Source of the DNA: Pavona decussata
Lineage: Eukaryota
Assembly: GCA_977016875.1 (NCBI GenBank)
Contig: CDRNST010000175.1
Coordinates: 930,001 to 994,000 of the forward strand
Length of the DNA: 64,000 nt
Direction of reading: 5' to 3'
Shown: piece after piece, positions 49,313 through 60,599 of the stretch
Layout: each line of letters starts with the position of its first letter
How positions within the stretch are numbered: position 1 is the first letter of the stretch
Translations under genes and position numbers: made by a program
The notes under the pieces: generated by a model
Told to the model about the DNA's origin: nothing
The model's input: only the letters and a program-made list of their open reading frames with translations
Databases searched by the model: none

Positions 49313-51074
49313 GTCTACCTTCCAGATGACTGTCGTATTAAATGGGGCTCTATTTCCAAAACTTCGCAATCTATAGAAACGGGGGTTTAAGAATCGAAGA
49401 CTTTAAGTGTAAAGTAGTAACTGGGAGTTAACCAGTTGTAAGAGAAAACTCCACGCAAAACACAATTTAAGTCCAAACATTTTTATTATAAGACACGCAC
49501 CCGCCATTACCCAAAATCGCCACACAACGGAAAGCGATTTTCTGCGCTATGCTAGACTTGTCAGGTTTCGTGCCTATGACTACATTACTTAGTTATGCTA
49601 AAAATTGTTATTGCGCATATATATCTTTTAACACCTTCTACTACGCATTGTATTTACTTCAGCACTGTTTTGTGCGTGATCTATCCTCACTGCCACTGTT
49701 AGTTATTAACAGACTTAATAACTACGGAATGCGGTCAAGTTAATATAGTGCGGTCGCCAAGCTTAATGTCCGCTCAGGTCTGGTTTGAAAGTGCCGTGTG
49801 TGTTAGTAAAACTGGTGAAGATAACTAAGCCCCATGGAAAAAGTTATTTATGTATAATAAAACACTGGCTCTGGTCCTTTCAAAAGCTTGATTTATTTTT
49901 CCGATTTCTCATTTCAGAAATGCCAATGAGAAAAATTATAGTTTTGTACACATTCTGTCAATCTCTCTTAATGTCTTGTTCAGTTCTTTGGTTATTAAAA
50001 TTTGTTGAGCAGATAATTGCTTTGCCTTGATTAGCTTTTGCTTCAATATTTTGCTTTCTTGCTCCTTTTTCTCTTTCCTTTTTTGTTTTTGTCTATTTTT
50101 TTCTGCACTTGATAATCCTTCCTTTTGTTTCCTTCTTTTGCCAATTTTCTTTGCTTTCTTTTTAAGTTTTCCATTTTTTTCCATCTAAAATGCGTGAGGA
50201 AATTACAAAAGTATTGGTTGATTTTAAACTGTAGCCTGTAAACATAAGCATCATTTTAATAGTGGCAGACACTATATTTCTATATTAGACTTTATATAAG
50301 AAATTGAATTTGGTAAAAAGCTGTTTGTGAGCTCACAATAATTTAATACTTAAATATTCAAAGGGTTGGAGATGCAAACCTCTTTTCTTCAGGAGTCCAG
50401 AAGGCTTGCATGGTTTCTTGGCCGCTAGGTAGGGATGGGTGTAACTTCTGTAAATAACCGAGTTGGGACTGGGCAGGAATCCGTTGTTTGCAAATGTGTA
50501 AGCTGGCCAGAGAACCTACACGTTTCAAACCATTTGGCACTAACTGGCTGGGCCCTTACGTGCACTCTACCCTTCAAAGATTGAAGTATCCTATCTTCTT
50601 ACGTGAAAAATTAATTTTACAAGTAACCATGCCTTTCTTCAGGAACAATCCTGACTCTTCCAGCCGGTGCGCAATATTTTCAAGCGTCTCGTCTGATTCG
50701 TTCCCTGACTGGATGCAACAAATGAATGGCTGGTGAGTCCATAATACTGGTTAGAATTACTATAGTGGCGAATGTGGGATAATGGGGTGCTAAAAAACTT
50801 ACCATTTTTTGCTAGATTCACCTGCATCAAACCAGAGCGGCAGATTTCTCTTTGGTATATGCCTATGCCGACATACGCGACATAAGTACGCAAAATCAAA
50901 GCTTGTCAGGCGTTAGACTATTTTGAAAATAACGGGAAGAGCTCATGCAACAAAGAAGCCGTTAAAATAGTAGCTTGTGCAGTCTTAACTGCGGAAAATT
51001 TAAAAATTCGAAATGACCGTAGTACTACCAACCGTTTACCATTTGACGATTGTAATTCTTGTGGGCAATTTGAA

Positions 51075-52550
51075 ATGAACAACATGAAACGAACAAGTAA
51101 TGGGAAAATCTATAATGCTTTGGAGAACGAAGGGTTCGAGGGATGGAGAAAAAAGGTTTCCATGTCTAGGCCTATATCTGCTCTTTTGAAAGCTGAATTA
51201 CTCCATGTGGACTTGCTATACGAGAGGCTTGTAGACCTTGAGACCAGCCTGTATGAGTTTGAGAGACAGAATGAAGAAACATTTTCATTTCAGCCTGGGC
51301 AAATCAGCGGACTTATTTCTGATAAAAACAATGGGATAAGGAATTCTAGAAATGCGATTGATTCTCTTATTGAGGAGGTGAAACTAGAGATCAATAATTA
51401 TCGACAATTATTGTCTGATAACTTAACGTAAGTTTTTAATCTCTTCCGAAGTTACCAAGTTAAGGCAAAAAAAAGAACCCCTAAAACTTAGTAGGGTGCA
51501 ACAGAAGAAAGCTATGAGAGGAAATGTAAATAACATCTACCAACTGCGCCGAGAGTTAAGAAGTTATGATAACGTGGCTGATGAAAGAGATAGAATTTAT
51601 TGAATGGATCTAATTGAGCGGAAACAGAATCTAAGGCAAAAGTGCAAAGCTAACGAAGTCATGATAATGGAGAAACAAAGACAAAGAGACAATTTACATA
51701 ACTTTACAAACACTTCTGTCGATAGGGACTTAAAATCATTGCTAGATAGGAGCGGAGGATTTGTTCCAATCTGTACCAAACCATGCTCTTCCCAGAAGTT
51801 GCTACTAGATTTTAAGAGACAGACGGAGGAGGCTCTGTTAACATTTATTTGCAAGGTTACAGGTCAAAGTAGAATAATTTCACCTACCCACAACTCTAGA
51901 GGGACTAACAAGAAGACCAGTAAAAGATTTGCAAGAAGCCTAATTACAGCGAATTTAAGTCATCACAAACTTAGTAAGGATAACCGGCAGTATATTTACA
52001 ACTCCTTGAGATTAATTGATCGGTATAAGGTAAAAGCTATCAAAGTACAAAGATCCATTTTTTCAGTTGGCAAGTGTTGAGGAAGAGATAACTTAATGTT
52101 GGAAAATTTAAAACTTTTTGCTAAAAGAAGTGATTGCATACTGAGGGCGAGTGATAAGAAATTGGGTCGGTCCTTAAATTCTTTAGGATGGTATGAGAAA
52201 GAATATAAACGGCAACTAAAAACCAATTTTTATTCATGGGTTGGGGATGTAAGCAGAGAGAATGAAGTAAAACATAAGTGTAGAAGGGAGTTGAGGGTTA
52301 TAGTAGACAAGTTTAAACAACTTTTGAAAGAGAAACAGATTAGAAAGTTTCATTTGGGGGTAGTTAACGACTATACCTTGCCTAGTCTAAATTTAATGCT
52401 AAGGTCCATAAATTGACAGATCCTGCTTCTATGCAAAATGAGGGTCAGCTTAAAGGAAGGCCCATTGTCACAGGACATAGTTGATGCACTTTAGAAGCAT
52501 TTAGGTATTTACAGCAGAAATTTAGGGAGTTGCTAAATAATTTTATTTGC
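51075..52550 (+). mobile_element. 5' portion of a Penelope-like retroelement with a long coiled-coil N-terminus; truncated within RT
   Basis: NLHNFT..LKSLLD.SGGFVP; ILRASDKKLG...WYEKEYKRQL..FY; LPSLNLML/KVHKL...KGRPIVTGHS. These are PLE RT N-terminal motifs. Confidence 0.75.
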
Positions 52551-53529
52551 TATATAAGGCTATATCTTCCCTTCTGCCTTATGGTCCGCCCTGGCAAAGG
52601 CGAATTCAGGTGCTCCAGTTGAATTTACCTGGTCCTCGGAGAAGATACACTGTTGCCTCATGGCCACAGTATACAATGATTAAATAGAAGAAACTAGAAT
52701 TGAGAGAAAAGAAGATGAAAAGTAGGCAGAAAAAGACAATAATTAGAATCTACAATTCACTAAGGAGAGTTGGATCTTGGCTATGTTGTCATATGATAGT
52801 GTTCTTTTCTCCTCAGATGAAATCAGAACAAACACACAAAATAAAACAGAGAAACAACTTTTTCGCCGCCAGGAATCGTGTGGTGAAAAAGTGTTATGGT
52901 ATTTTCATGAATGATTCATTGAATTTACTGGACTGCAGTCTACAAATACTTTAAATAATCATTGTATTTTGTTACATAAATTCCAACCTGTTTCATCTGA
53001 ATGCAAATGCACTTGAGAAATTGAAGGATTTGTGGACTTCAGCTGGAGAAGCAGATCCTCTAGGATGGAAGTGACTGCATACCAGTCTTTTGTACAGGAG
53101 TCGAACAGATGAGGATACAATATGACTTCTTAAGTTTTAATGTTTTCGTCTTTACAAATGACCCTGCCTATAGGCCAAATAAATGAAGGCTTCCCAAACC
53201 ACCCTGTCTGTTTCTCTCTAAACTTCATTTACTGGAATTTCATTGCCCAATCCATTACAGTGATTGCCTCAGAGTTGGTCAAGTTCGGTAAGGGGTGTTG
53301 CTTTGCCTTTTCTTGGTTGCATGATCTTAGCATGTATGCCTTCCAGCGAAGGTTGCTTTGTTTTGCTTTCATAAAATCGTAAAAGGTAAATATGTTACAC
53401 TGCAGGGTAGGTTGTTTGAAGAAGGTAAGAGAAGCACGTCAAAGTCACCTTTACTTCCCAGAATGTGTGTAGAGAATTATATGAAAATATTAAAGTTGTT
53501 TAAGATTCAAACCAAAATAAAAGTCGACA

Positions 53530-54240
53530 AATGCATTGCAGTTAATCTAAATTACAACCAGGTGTACATTCCCCAGTACGAGAACACTGTATGCTTAGGA
53601 ACGAACCGTATATCCAGGCTATGTTTTGGTTTGAGAGTAGAGGTCTGGTACTTTGGAGACAGTTTAGCTATATCTTTTAGCAGATGAGGCTTGAGCAACA
53701 ATTCCTCTAGTGTTACAGCAGCAGTCGAGCCTGTGAATTGAAACATTACTTATTAATACACCCGAACCATTACTGTTGTTCTCGTTTATTTCTTTATTTT
53801 TGGTTCTAATGGTTCTTATGTTTATGTTTGTTTTCTTGATGTTGTATCGATAGACCAGACTAATGTGCAGACTACCTTGTTCGTGTGCTGTACTTGTGGT
53901 ATCTGTTTCTTCGAATGCTGCAGAAAGAACATGGAAAGATCCCATGTTTATTAATTTATTAATTATAAGAGCAGTCCTGTAAGTGGCATACCAGGCATAA
54001 GCCAAAGTCTATCTCTGTCCTCCCCTTCTAGTTCTCCATGCCCACATTCGGAGTGTACATAACTGTTAGGGTTATTGTGAATGTTTTCGATGTGGAGAGG
54101 TAGCATTTTCCACTTTTCTTGCATCCATCTGGGGTTGATGCCGTACACCAGTGCATGTGATTAGAGATGGACTGGCGCCACTGACCAACATCTTCACATT
54201 CTTTCTTTTTGGCAAGCTTGTCAATCTTTTCACTCAAACC
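53530..54240 (-). pseudogene. Kolobok-type transposase C-terminal exons
   Basis: WRQSISNHMHWC..EKWK.LPLHIENIH..CGHGEL..WL.PG; LLKDIAKLSP.YQTSTL..KHSL..FVPKHTVFSYWGM. Confidence 0.7.
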
Positions 54241-54677
54241 TGATTGAGAAACGAAATAAAAATGACAACAACCAAGCCTAAATAGATGCGACTGTTACAT
54301 GTTTCATTCTGCAACCACAACCATAAAGCCATCTTACTGTCATGATACTTGTTATTGCAGTAGAAAGTTCATGCAGATTTCAAGGCTTGAAGTGCATTAG
54401 TCTGTTGTGTACATGTTGTTGAGCCTGTGATAAATTCTGGAATTCTCTGAAGAATTTCCAACATGTCAATTAAAAAGGCATCCTGATGACAGGAGTTTGC
54501 AACATTACTGGAACCATTGATGTACGAGTTAAACATTAATGAAACTTGAGGCTGTTCAGAACTTTTTAACTGCGTTTCTTCTATATTTTCTCTGAAAGGA
54601 GACCTTTCAGTAGCACAGTTCGTTTTTAAATGCACTTGTCTTGATTGCAAATAACAAATGGTCTTCTACGTTTGGAA

Positions 54678-54790
54678 TAGCCTGTGAACAGGTTCCCAAG
54701 TGGGGTATAGGGTGAAAAGAAAAGTAGACGAGTCGGGCGAGTGGAGCGCAGTATGGGGGCGAGGAAGGAAGAAAGCAGAGCCTGTGGACA
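54678..54790. mobile_element. Short interspersed repeat or MITE fragment beginning TAGCCTGTGAACAGG
   Basis: GC/purine-rich block abruptly interrupting AT-rich sequence, with a TAG-flanked terminus. Confidence 0.35.
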
Positions 54791-55414
54791 TTCTTTAAAT
54801 GCCGACGTCTTGTGATACCAGATTCTGGTATCACGCTCTGATTGGTTAGATAGGCGATTGTTGACAGATTTGCAAGAATGGTTGACACATTGAATCGTTT
54901 GAATCTCGCGCGGTGACATTTGCATAATTTGTGACCTTCTTTGGTTTTGCAGTTTGGAGAGGTGGAAATCGAACCAATCTTTTCCTCCTCAGATCATTGA
55001 GCTTATAAAAGAGATGAATTTTTCTGCAATCTGTAGATAAAAACGAAGATGTCTTTGGGATGTTTACTGACTGGTTTCGACAAGAGTTTGATCTTCCAGT
55101 TGCTTCCTTGGATGTAAAAAGAAATGTGGAACTTTGAGTGTTCTACGGTTGTAATTGTCACGCTGTTGGTGTTTAGAATGAAGGACAAGGTTTAGGAGAT
55201 GTCAATGTTGTCAGGAAAAAATTTAAAGGTGAGGGACGGAAGACAAGTTGCTTAAAGACTATTTCAAGGAGCATTTTTATTTTCTCCAAATGATCCTTGG
55301 CTTTTCTTTTAATTTCTTTTACTTTTGGGTGAAGAGATGTTGGTGGTGCACATTACCAGAAATCGGGGACATTTCATGCCCGCGATTAATTATCAGCGGT
55401 ATCTCGTCTTCAAA

Positions 55415-56432
55415 ATGGCCACCGTAAGCAAACCAAGGGAGCGTAAACGTGTTCCATGCCATATTTTAAACAGTCTGAGCTCACTCGACCTATTTTTTGA
55501 CGAAAATGTAGAGAAAAGAAGATCTTCAAGGAAGAGCGTAGGAATTTATGAGGCTGAATGGTTGATCACAAGTAGAGAAGACTCGGTAGTAAGGGAAATA
55601 GTACATTTTGTGCTCCTTTTGTGTGCATTTAGCCCTGTAGCCTGAAGTTAAAATCCCTGTTACGGTGTTTGCCCTTTTAGGGAACCAAATATCTGGTTAA
55701 ATGGAAAGGATATACTTCGTTTGAAAACACTTGGGAGCCTAAAGAACATCTTTCCCTGCCTTTGCTGTTAAATTAGATATTCTTAACCTGATAATATTAG
55801 CCACTTATCAAGCTTTGTTTTTGCAAGGTTTTATAGTAAGCTAAAAAACCTAACAGCCTTGTTACAGTTTTTTTTAACTTTGACTACAAGTTAAGACATA
55901 CAGACGAAAAACTTAAAGCAAAATGATTCTTGCAGCCTAATTAAGAGATGTATCTTGTGATTCTAATTATTGTGCCCAATTTTAACAATCACCTGTCTCA
56001 TGTTATTTTTGTAGATCCTTTATATTTCCCAAACCTGACACTGGAATCATTCAAGGGAATGTTGACCGCCTCAGACATGCCATGCTTGAGTCCCTCAGGC
56101 ACAAAGGTCCTGAACAAAGACTCACGTTATAGTTCAGACATGATGTGTTTAAGTATTTATTCCGTGACAAAGGGAGGAAATCACAAGACAAAAATTGGAC
56201 GCTTTCTGGAGAAGGTGATTTCATCAAATGTCAACTCCCCAGCAAGTGGTGCTGTTTGTTTGACAATCATGGTGATGGCGCTAGGGTCAAATTTCCAGTT
56301 AAGATAAGGACACTACTTTCTCAGTCTCCCAAATCTCATGAAAAAGTGGGGGAGGGAATAGTGGAAAGGCCAAGGGTCTATATTGAAAAAATATCAATTA
56401 AGTTTATCAAAGTGTCATTTTCATGTTCCTAG
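55415..56432 (+). pseudogene. Three-exon chromodomain protein
   Basis: Exon 1 55415-55588 (..GIYEAEWLITSRE|gt). Exon 2 from 55681 ([24 protein letters not shown], chromo signature). Exon 3 56015-56432 with one in-frame TAG. Confidence 0.8.
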
Positions 56433-56993
56433 TAAGATAAGAAGCCTAATGCCTTTTATTTTTGTGTTGGGCCTTAGCGAAAAAAAAATTATTTCAATTA
56501 AGACTGAAGATGATTAAAAATTTGCCCAGTGTCTTTTGTAAGTCTTTTGTGCCGGAATTTTGGTACGTTTCAGGTACTCTGACTCAGAAGCATTGTGGAG
56601 AATTAGCCTGCAAAAATTTAGCAGCCTAATTCAGCACAGTTTTTGCCTACGGATGTAAGCCTTGCAGAAATAAAAGGCATAACAGTATTTCCTTAGTCCT
56701 AATATAATACTTTTTTAATACAGGGCTGCTCTGAAAAACACATCAGTGATGTGTGCACACAGTTAAAATAAAATCATCAGCGCTATTACTATCCTTTAGT
56801 TCAAAGGGTGAAATCTGTGAAATCTTAATAGATGCTCTTGCCTTGTTATATTTTGGTGGAAAGAATTTAATATCATTATGCAATATTTTTCCTTTGATAA
56901 TTATTAATTGCTGTGTTCTCATTGTAAAGTTTTCCTAATAACTAAAGAGGACTGGGATATTGATCACCCTTAAAACTCAAGGGCTTAGCACAG

Positions 56994-57760
56994 TTATACC
57001 CTTTCCTTAACATTAATGAGTTCCTGTTTTTTAAGTTTAGAAAGGCCTTTGGTGTTAAGGCCCCTTTCTTTTACAATTTCCCTCAGCTGTTTGATGGTGA
57101 ATTTCCTGTAATCTTCAGTTGACGTGAGCTCTTGCGTGTCATGATCTTGAGCAGAATCCTCAATTTGTAATCTTTTTTGTTTCCTTGTTTGGCTGATTTC
57201 ATGACCCCAATATTCAAACTTTCTTTTGGTGTAGTTAGCTTTCTTCCGTTCATGGTGCTTTAAATCCCACTGCCTACTTACTGTGCACAAAATGTCTTTG
57301 GCACCATCCCATTTGTTGGATTTATGGAAAAGGATCCTCTTGGCATCATCATTTTTTTCCACCCCTTGGCCTGTGAATTTTTTCAGACAACCATGTCTTT
57401 GAACAAAGGAAGGAAGGTGGTAGGGAATAAGGTGCATGTATGGGGTGACCCTGGGTGTGGTATACCCAGGGCAAACTCCTTTTAGTGAACAAAAAAGGTC
57501 AATCCATGCTTTTGCTTCATCAAATATTTCATTGGCAGCGCTGTCGGTGAGGTTGAAATCAGAGATCTTATTATACAAAGTACCAAAATCAGTCCGTAAT
57601 TGTTTCAGAGCCATCTGCATTTCTTATTTCCAAATAGAAAATGATATTCCGAGGTTGCTGATTGCTTTAACCAGTTTTTGGAGATATATTCCTTTGGGTT
57701 GCCCCCTAGACTTCTGAAAATCTTCCACTGCATCTCTTTCAAGCACCTCTTTGGTGATAA
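56994..57760 (-). pseudogene. Transib/RAG1-core-like transposase C-terminus with a SAP/Rho-N-like tail
   Basis: [37 protein letters not shown] aligns by eye to RAG1 [34 protein letters not shown]. C-terminal [22 protein letters not shown]. Confidence 0.7.
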
Positions 57761-57949
57761 GTGCATTGTAGTGCAAGTGTGTTAAGTGTAAATTAAAATA
57801 CTGTTGTATATTTTTACTCTTTCTGTTTGCATCCTCACTGTCCAGTTGACAAACTTTGCTGTCAATACAACTGCATCTTTTAAATGGGCCCGGGTTAAGG
57901 TTATGCTGATCTCTTTAGTTGGGAATTGCTATGCAGGTTATCAGTAGTT

Positions 57950-59610
57950 AAAAATTTAACTTGTTTTCTTTCAGGGATGTTACCTGGTATGATTTGTCAC
58001 AGTTCTGTGAAATACTGCAAAACAGATCCAGTAAAAGCTCTCCTGTCCGCTCTGCAATAAGCCACAAGTTTGGTTCACTTTGGCCATGGTGGTAGAGTGG
58101 GACAAATGACTCGATAAAATCACTCAGAAATCCTGATGACGCGATTGACTTTGCTGTCTCTTCAATCTCCTGAGCTGTTTCATATTTTTTTGTGTTGCGC
58201 CGTGACACAGAGTGCCACACTTCCACTTTTTTTTCGGCAATCACCTTCAGAATACTGGCTATTTTGGACCAGTATTCTGGAAGGTGATTACACTGTCAGA
58301 CACAGTCGCTAAGGAAGGACAAGGTAGATTTATTGTAATGGCGCCTTCTCCAGGATATAAAAATAACGGCCATTTCAGCCATTACTTTCTCATAGAGTTT
58401 CAGGTCTCCAGTGCTAAAAATGTTATACTGGTAAAATACCAGGGGGACAACATGTTCAAGCAGTTGCAGTGCTGTAACAAACTCATGTTGTTTGCACGTG
58501 GAAAACTTTTCTAGTACTTTCGATTGTATCAGTTGCCAACCGAGTAATGCCGCAGTGACACATAGTGATTTTCTAAAGGGTTGTGGTTTTGTTGCCAAAA
58601 TCCCACCAAAGACACTTGAATATAGTTTGTCAAAAAAAAAAACTTGAAGTGGTGGACAACATCTTCACATGCATTGAGACACACATGAAATGGCCCTGTT
58701 CTGGTACAATGCTGATGCTTGCGTTCCACCCATTGGCTATTAACTTTTTGGGATAGTACCAGCCAGGCCAGTCCGCAGGTAGTGGCAGGATGAATTTCTG
58801 GGCGAAATCCCATTGTTGTGGACATTTGTTTCGCACATGTTCTAGGGCCGTTTTGTAGTTGTCCATGCTTTTCAAGTCCTGTTCAAATTCGTCACTCAGT
58901 AAACATGTTTCTAGTGTCTCAAGGTCTTGTGTTGATGGATCTGAGTACACTCTGAATAGCAAATCAAATAGGTATGTGTAAACATAAGAAATGCAGGACA
59001 GCACTACAGAAATACTGGGAAAACACTACAGTCAACTGCCACTTTAAATCAGTCGTTAGTGAAAGAGAGGAGTTGTGGGGGTGTAAATCTGTCTAAATCC
59101 CTTTCAATTCTGTGACATTGCTTTGGTGTGTGGGTGACTGTGGTGTCATGTAGGCTGTCTTAATATTTTTATCATTTTGACAATTGGCAGCATCTCAAAA
59201 AAGGTTTGTTGTGCAACAAATTTGATTTTGTTTCTGATAATGGGTAACTGTAAAATAAATTAACGTTAGTTCCCGTAGTGCTGCCTGTAGTCTTCCTGGG
59301 TCAACATTCTGCAGGTATGTTGGTAATTGGTCCAAAAACTGGTGTTGCATGTGTGCTAAAGTGGTGGTCATTGCATGTTGGATTGAACTGACATTGATTC
59401 CACCAAGGCAGAGGTGTTCGTGGTCATCAACATTCACTGTTACTCATCTGTGTAGTGTCTGCGCTGGAGGGACTGCTGTGATTGTGGGGTGTATGTCTAC
59501 TAAACATGATGCTATGTGGACAACATTGTTGTTAATAGGTTTGCAGGTGTGTGCCGTGTATGTATGTTGTGGAAGTCATCAAGCATGAGAACCATAAAAC
59601 ATGCCAACTG
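57950..59610 (-). pseudogene. Second, different DDE-like transposase region (multi-exon, frameshifted)
   Basis: LDDFHNIH (~59560-59585), LPADWPG, GPFHVCLN, RRRHYNKSTL, EKKVEVWHS: a D..D..H..E pattern of an RNase H-fold enzyme. Confidence 0.5.
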
Positions 59611-59727
59611 TGAGGAGAGAAAAGCAGTACAGTCAGTTATTGAAGGAAAAATGTATGACTTTTGTGCTTATTTAAGTTACTATATAAATATTTTTGAGTC
59701 TCTCTGTATCACTTTTCTGCAGCAATA

Positions 59728-59945
59728 ATGTATACTAATGTATACTTTTAACTTAAAAAAAGTATGCTCCATTTGCACTTCAAGTATACTGTAAGTATAC
59801 TTAACAAAAGTATACTTAAAGTAGAGTACTTTTGGTCACTTAAAAAAGTTTACTTCAAGTATACCTCACAGGAAGTATACTTTAGGTGTACTTTCCAAGA
59901 AGTGTACTTGGAGTGTACTAAAAGTATACTTTAAATGTACTTCAT
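59728..59945. repeat. Cluster of palindromic AAGTATACTT-like units
   Basis: More than 10 variants of (A)AGT(A/G)TACT(T) within about 220 bp. Confidence 0.8.
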
Positions 59946-60599
59946 GCATATTAATATTTTTAGCTAGTTTATCAAGAAATTGGGGTGCCACTTCAATTGG
60001 GAGTGAAACATGAAAGTTTAGTTTTATCACCTGAGTTGGTTAAAGTGCTCAAAACTCTCTACAGTGGCCAACTGACATCAGTTGATAAAATCATTTTCAT
60101 ATTTTGCTATTTACACAGGGTAACTTAGATGTCTATAGTATATATCATACCTGTTTATTATGGAATCTTTGGTTGCAAAGTAAAGTGCTCCATTGTTTTA
60201 TTGATGAAATAGTATGTCTAACGTTTACACACAAAAACTGGAAGAGAATGCCTCTAGATTTTGATAGTACAATAAAAGCCCAATGTAACAAAAAGAGTAT
60301 AATAAAATCTGAAAAGTCGAAAGAAAATTAATTATTAACTATTTTGATAAGTTAATATTCAGGCCCAATGATGTTTTCAAATTTCTTCCTCAATTCATTT
60401 AGGTCTGGGTTAATTATCATTTTAATGTAATTTTCATGTTGATGAAATTAATTACCCAAACATAAATTATCATGGTATACATGTGCATATTCACAGCTGT
60501 TGATTGAGATTCATAACATTAAAGTTTTTTTACAAATTAAAGAAAAAAAGTAAGTCATTTTCTAATAAAAAATTTAACATTTCAGAAATAAAAAAGATT

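Larger units (their letters stand above)
46405..49798 (-). mobile_element. RAG1-like transposon copy D, internally deleted, both TIRs present; TSD TATG/TGTG
   Basis: Left end CACGGCGCTTTCA-GAGCGGACATT; right end (reverse complement) CACGGCACTTTCA-AACCAGACCT-GAGCGGACATT. Flanks are TATG and TGTG (4 bp, 1 mismatch). Confidence 0.9.

Noticed and set aside
59728-59945. CRISPR-like array
   Set aside because: Eukaryotic context, and the units are short and irregular with no constant repeat-spacer period.
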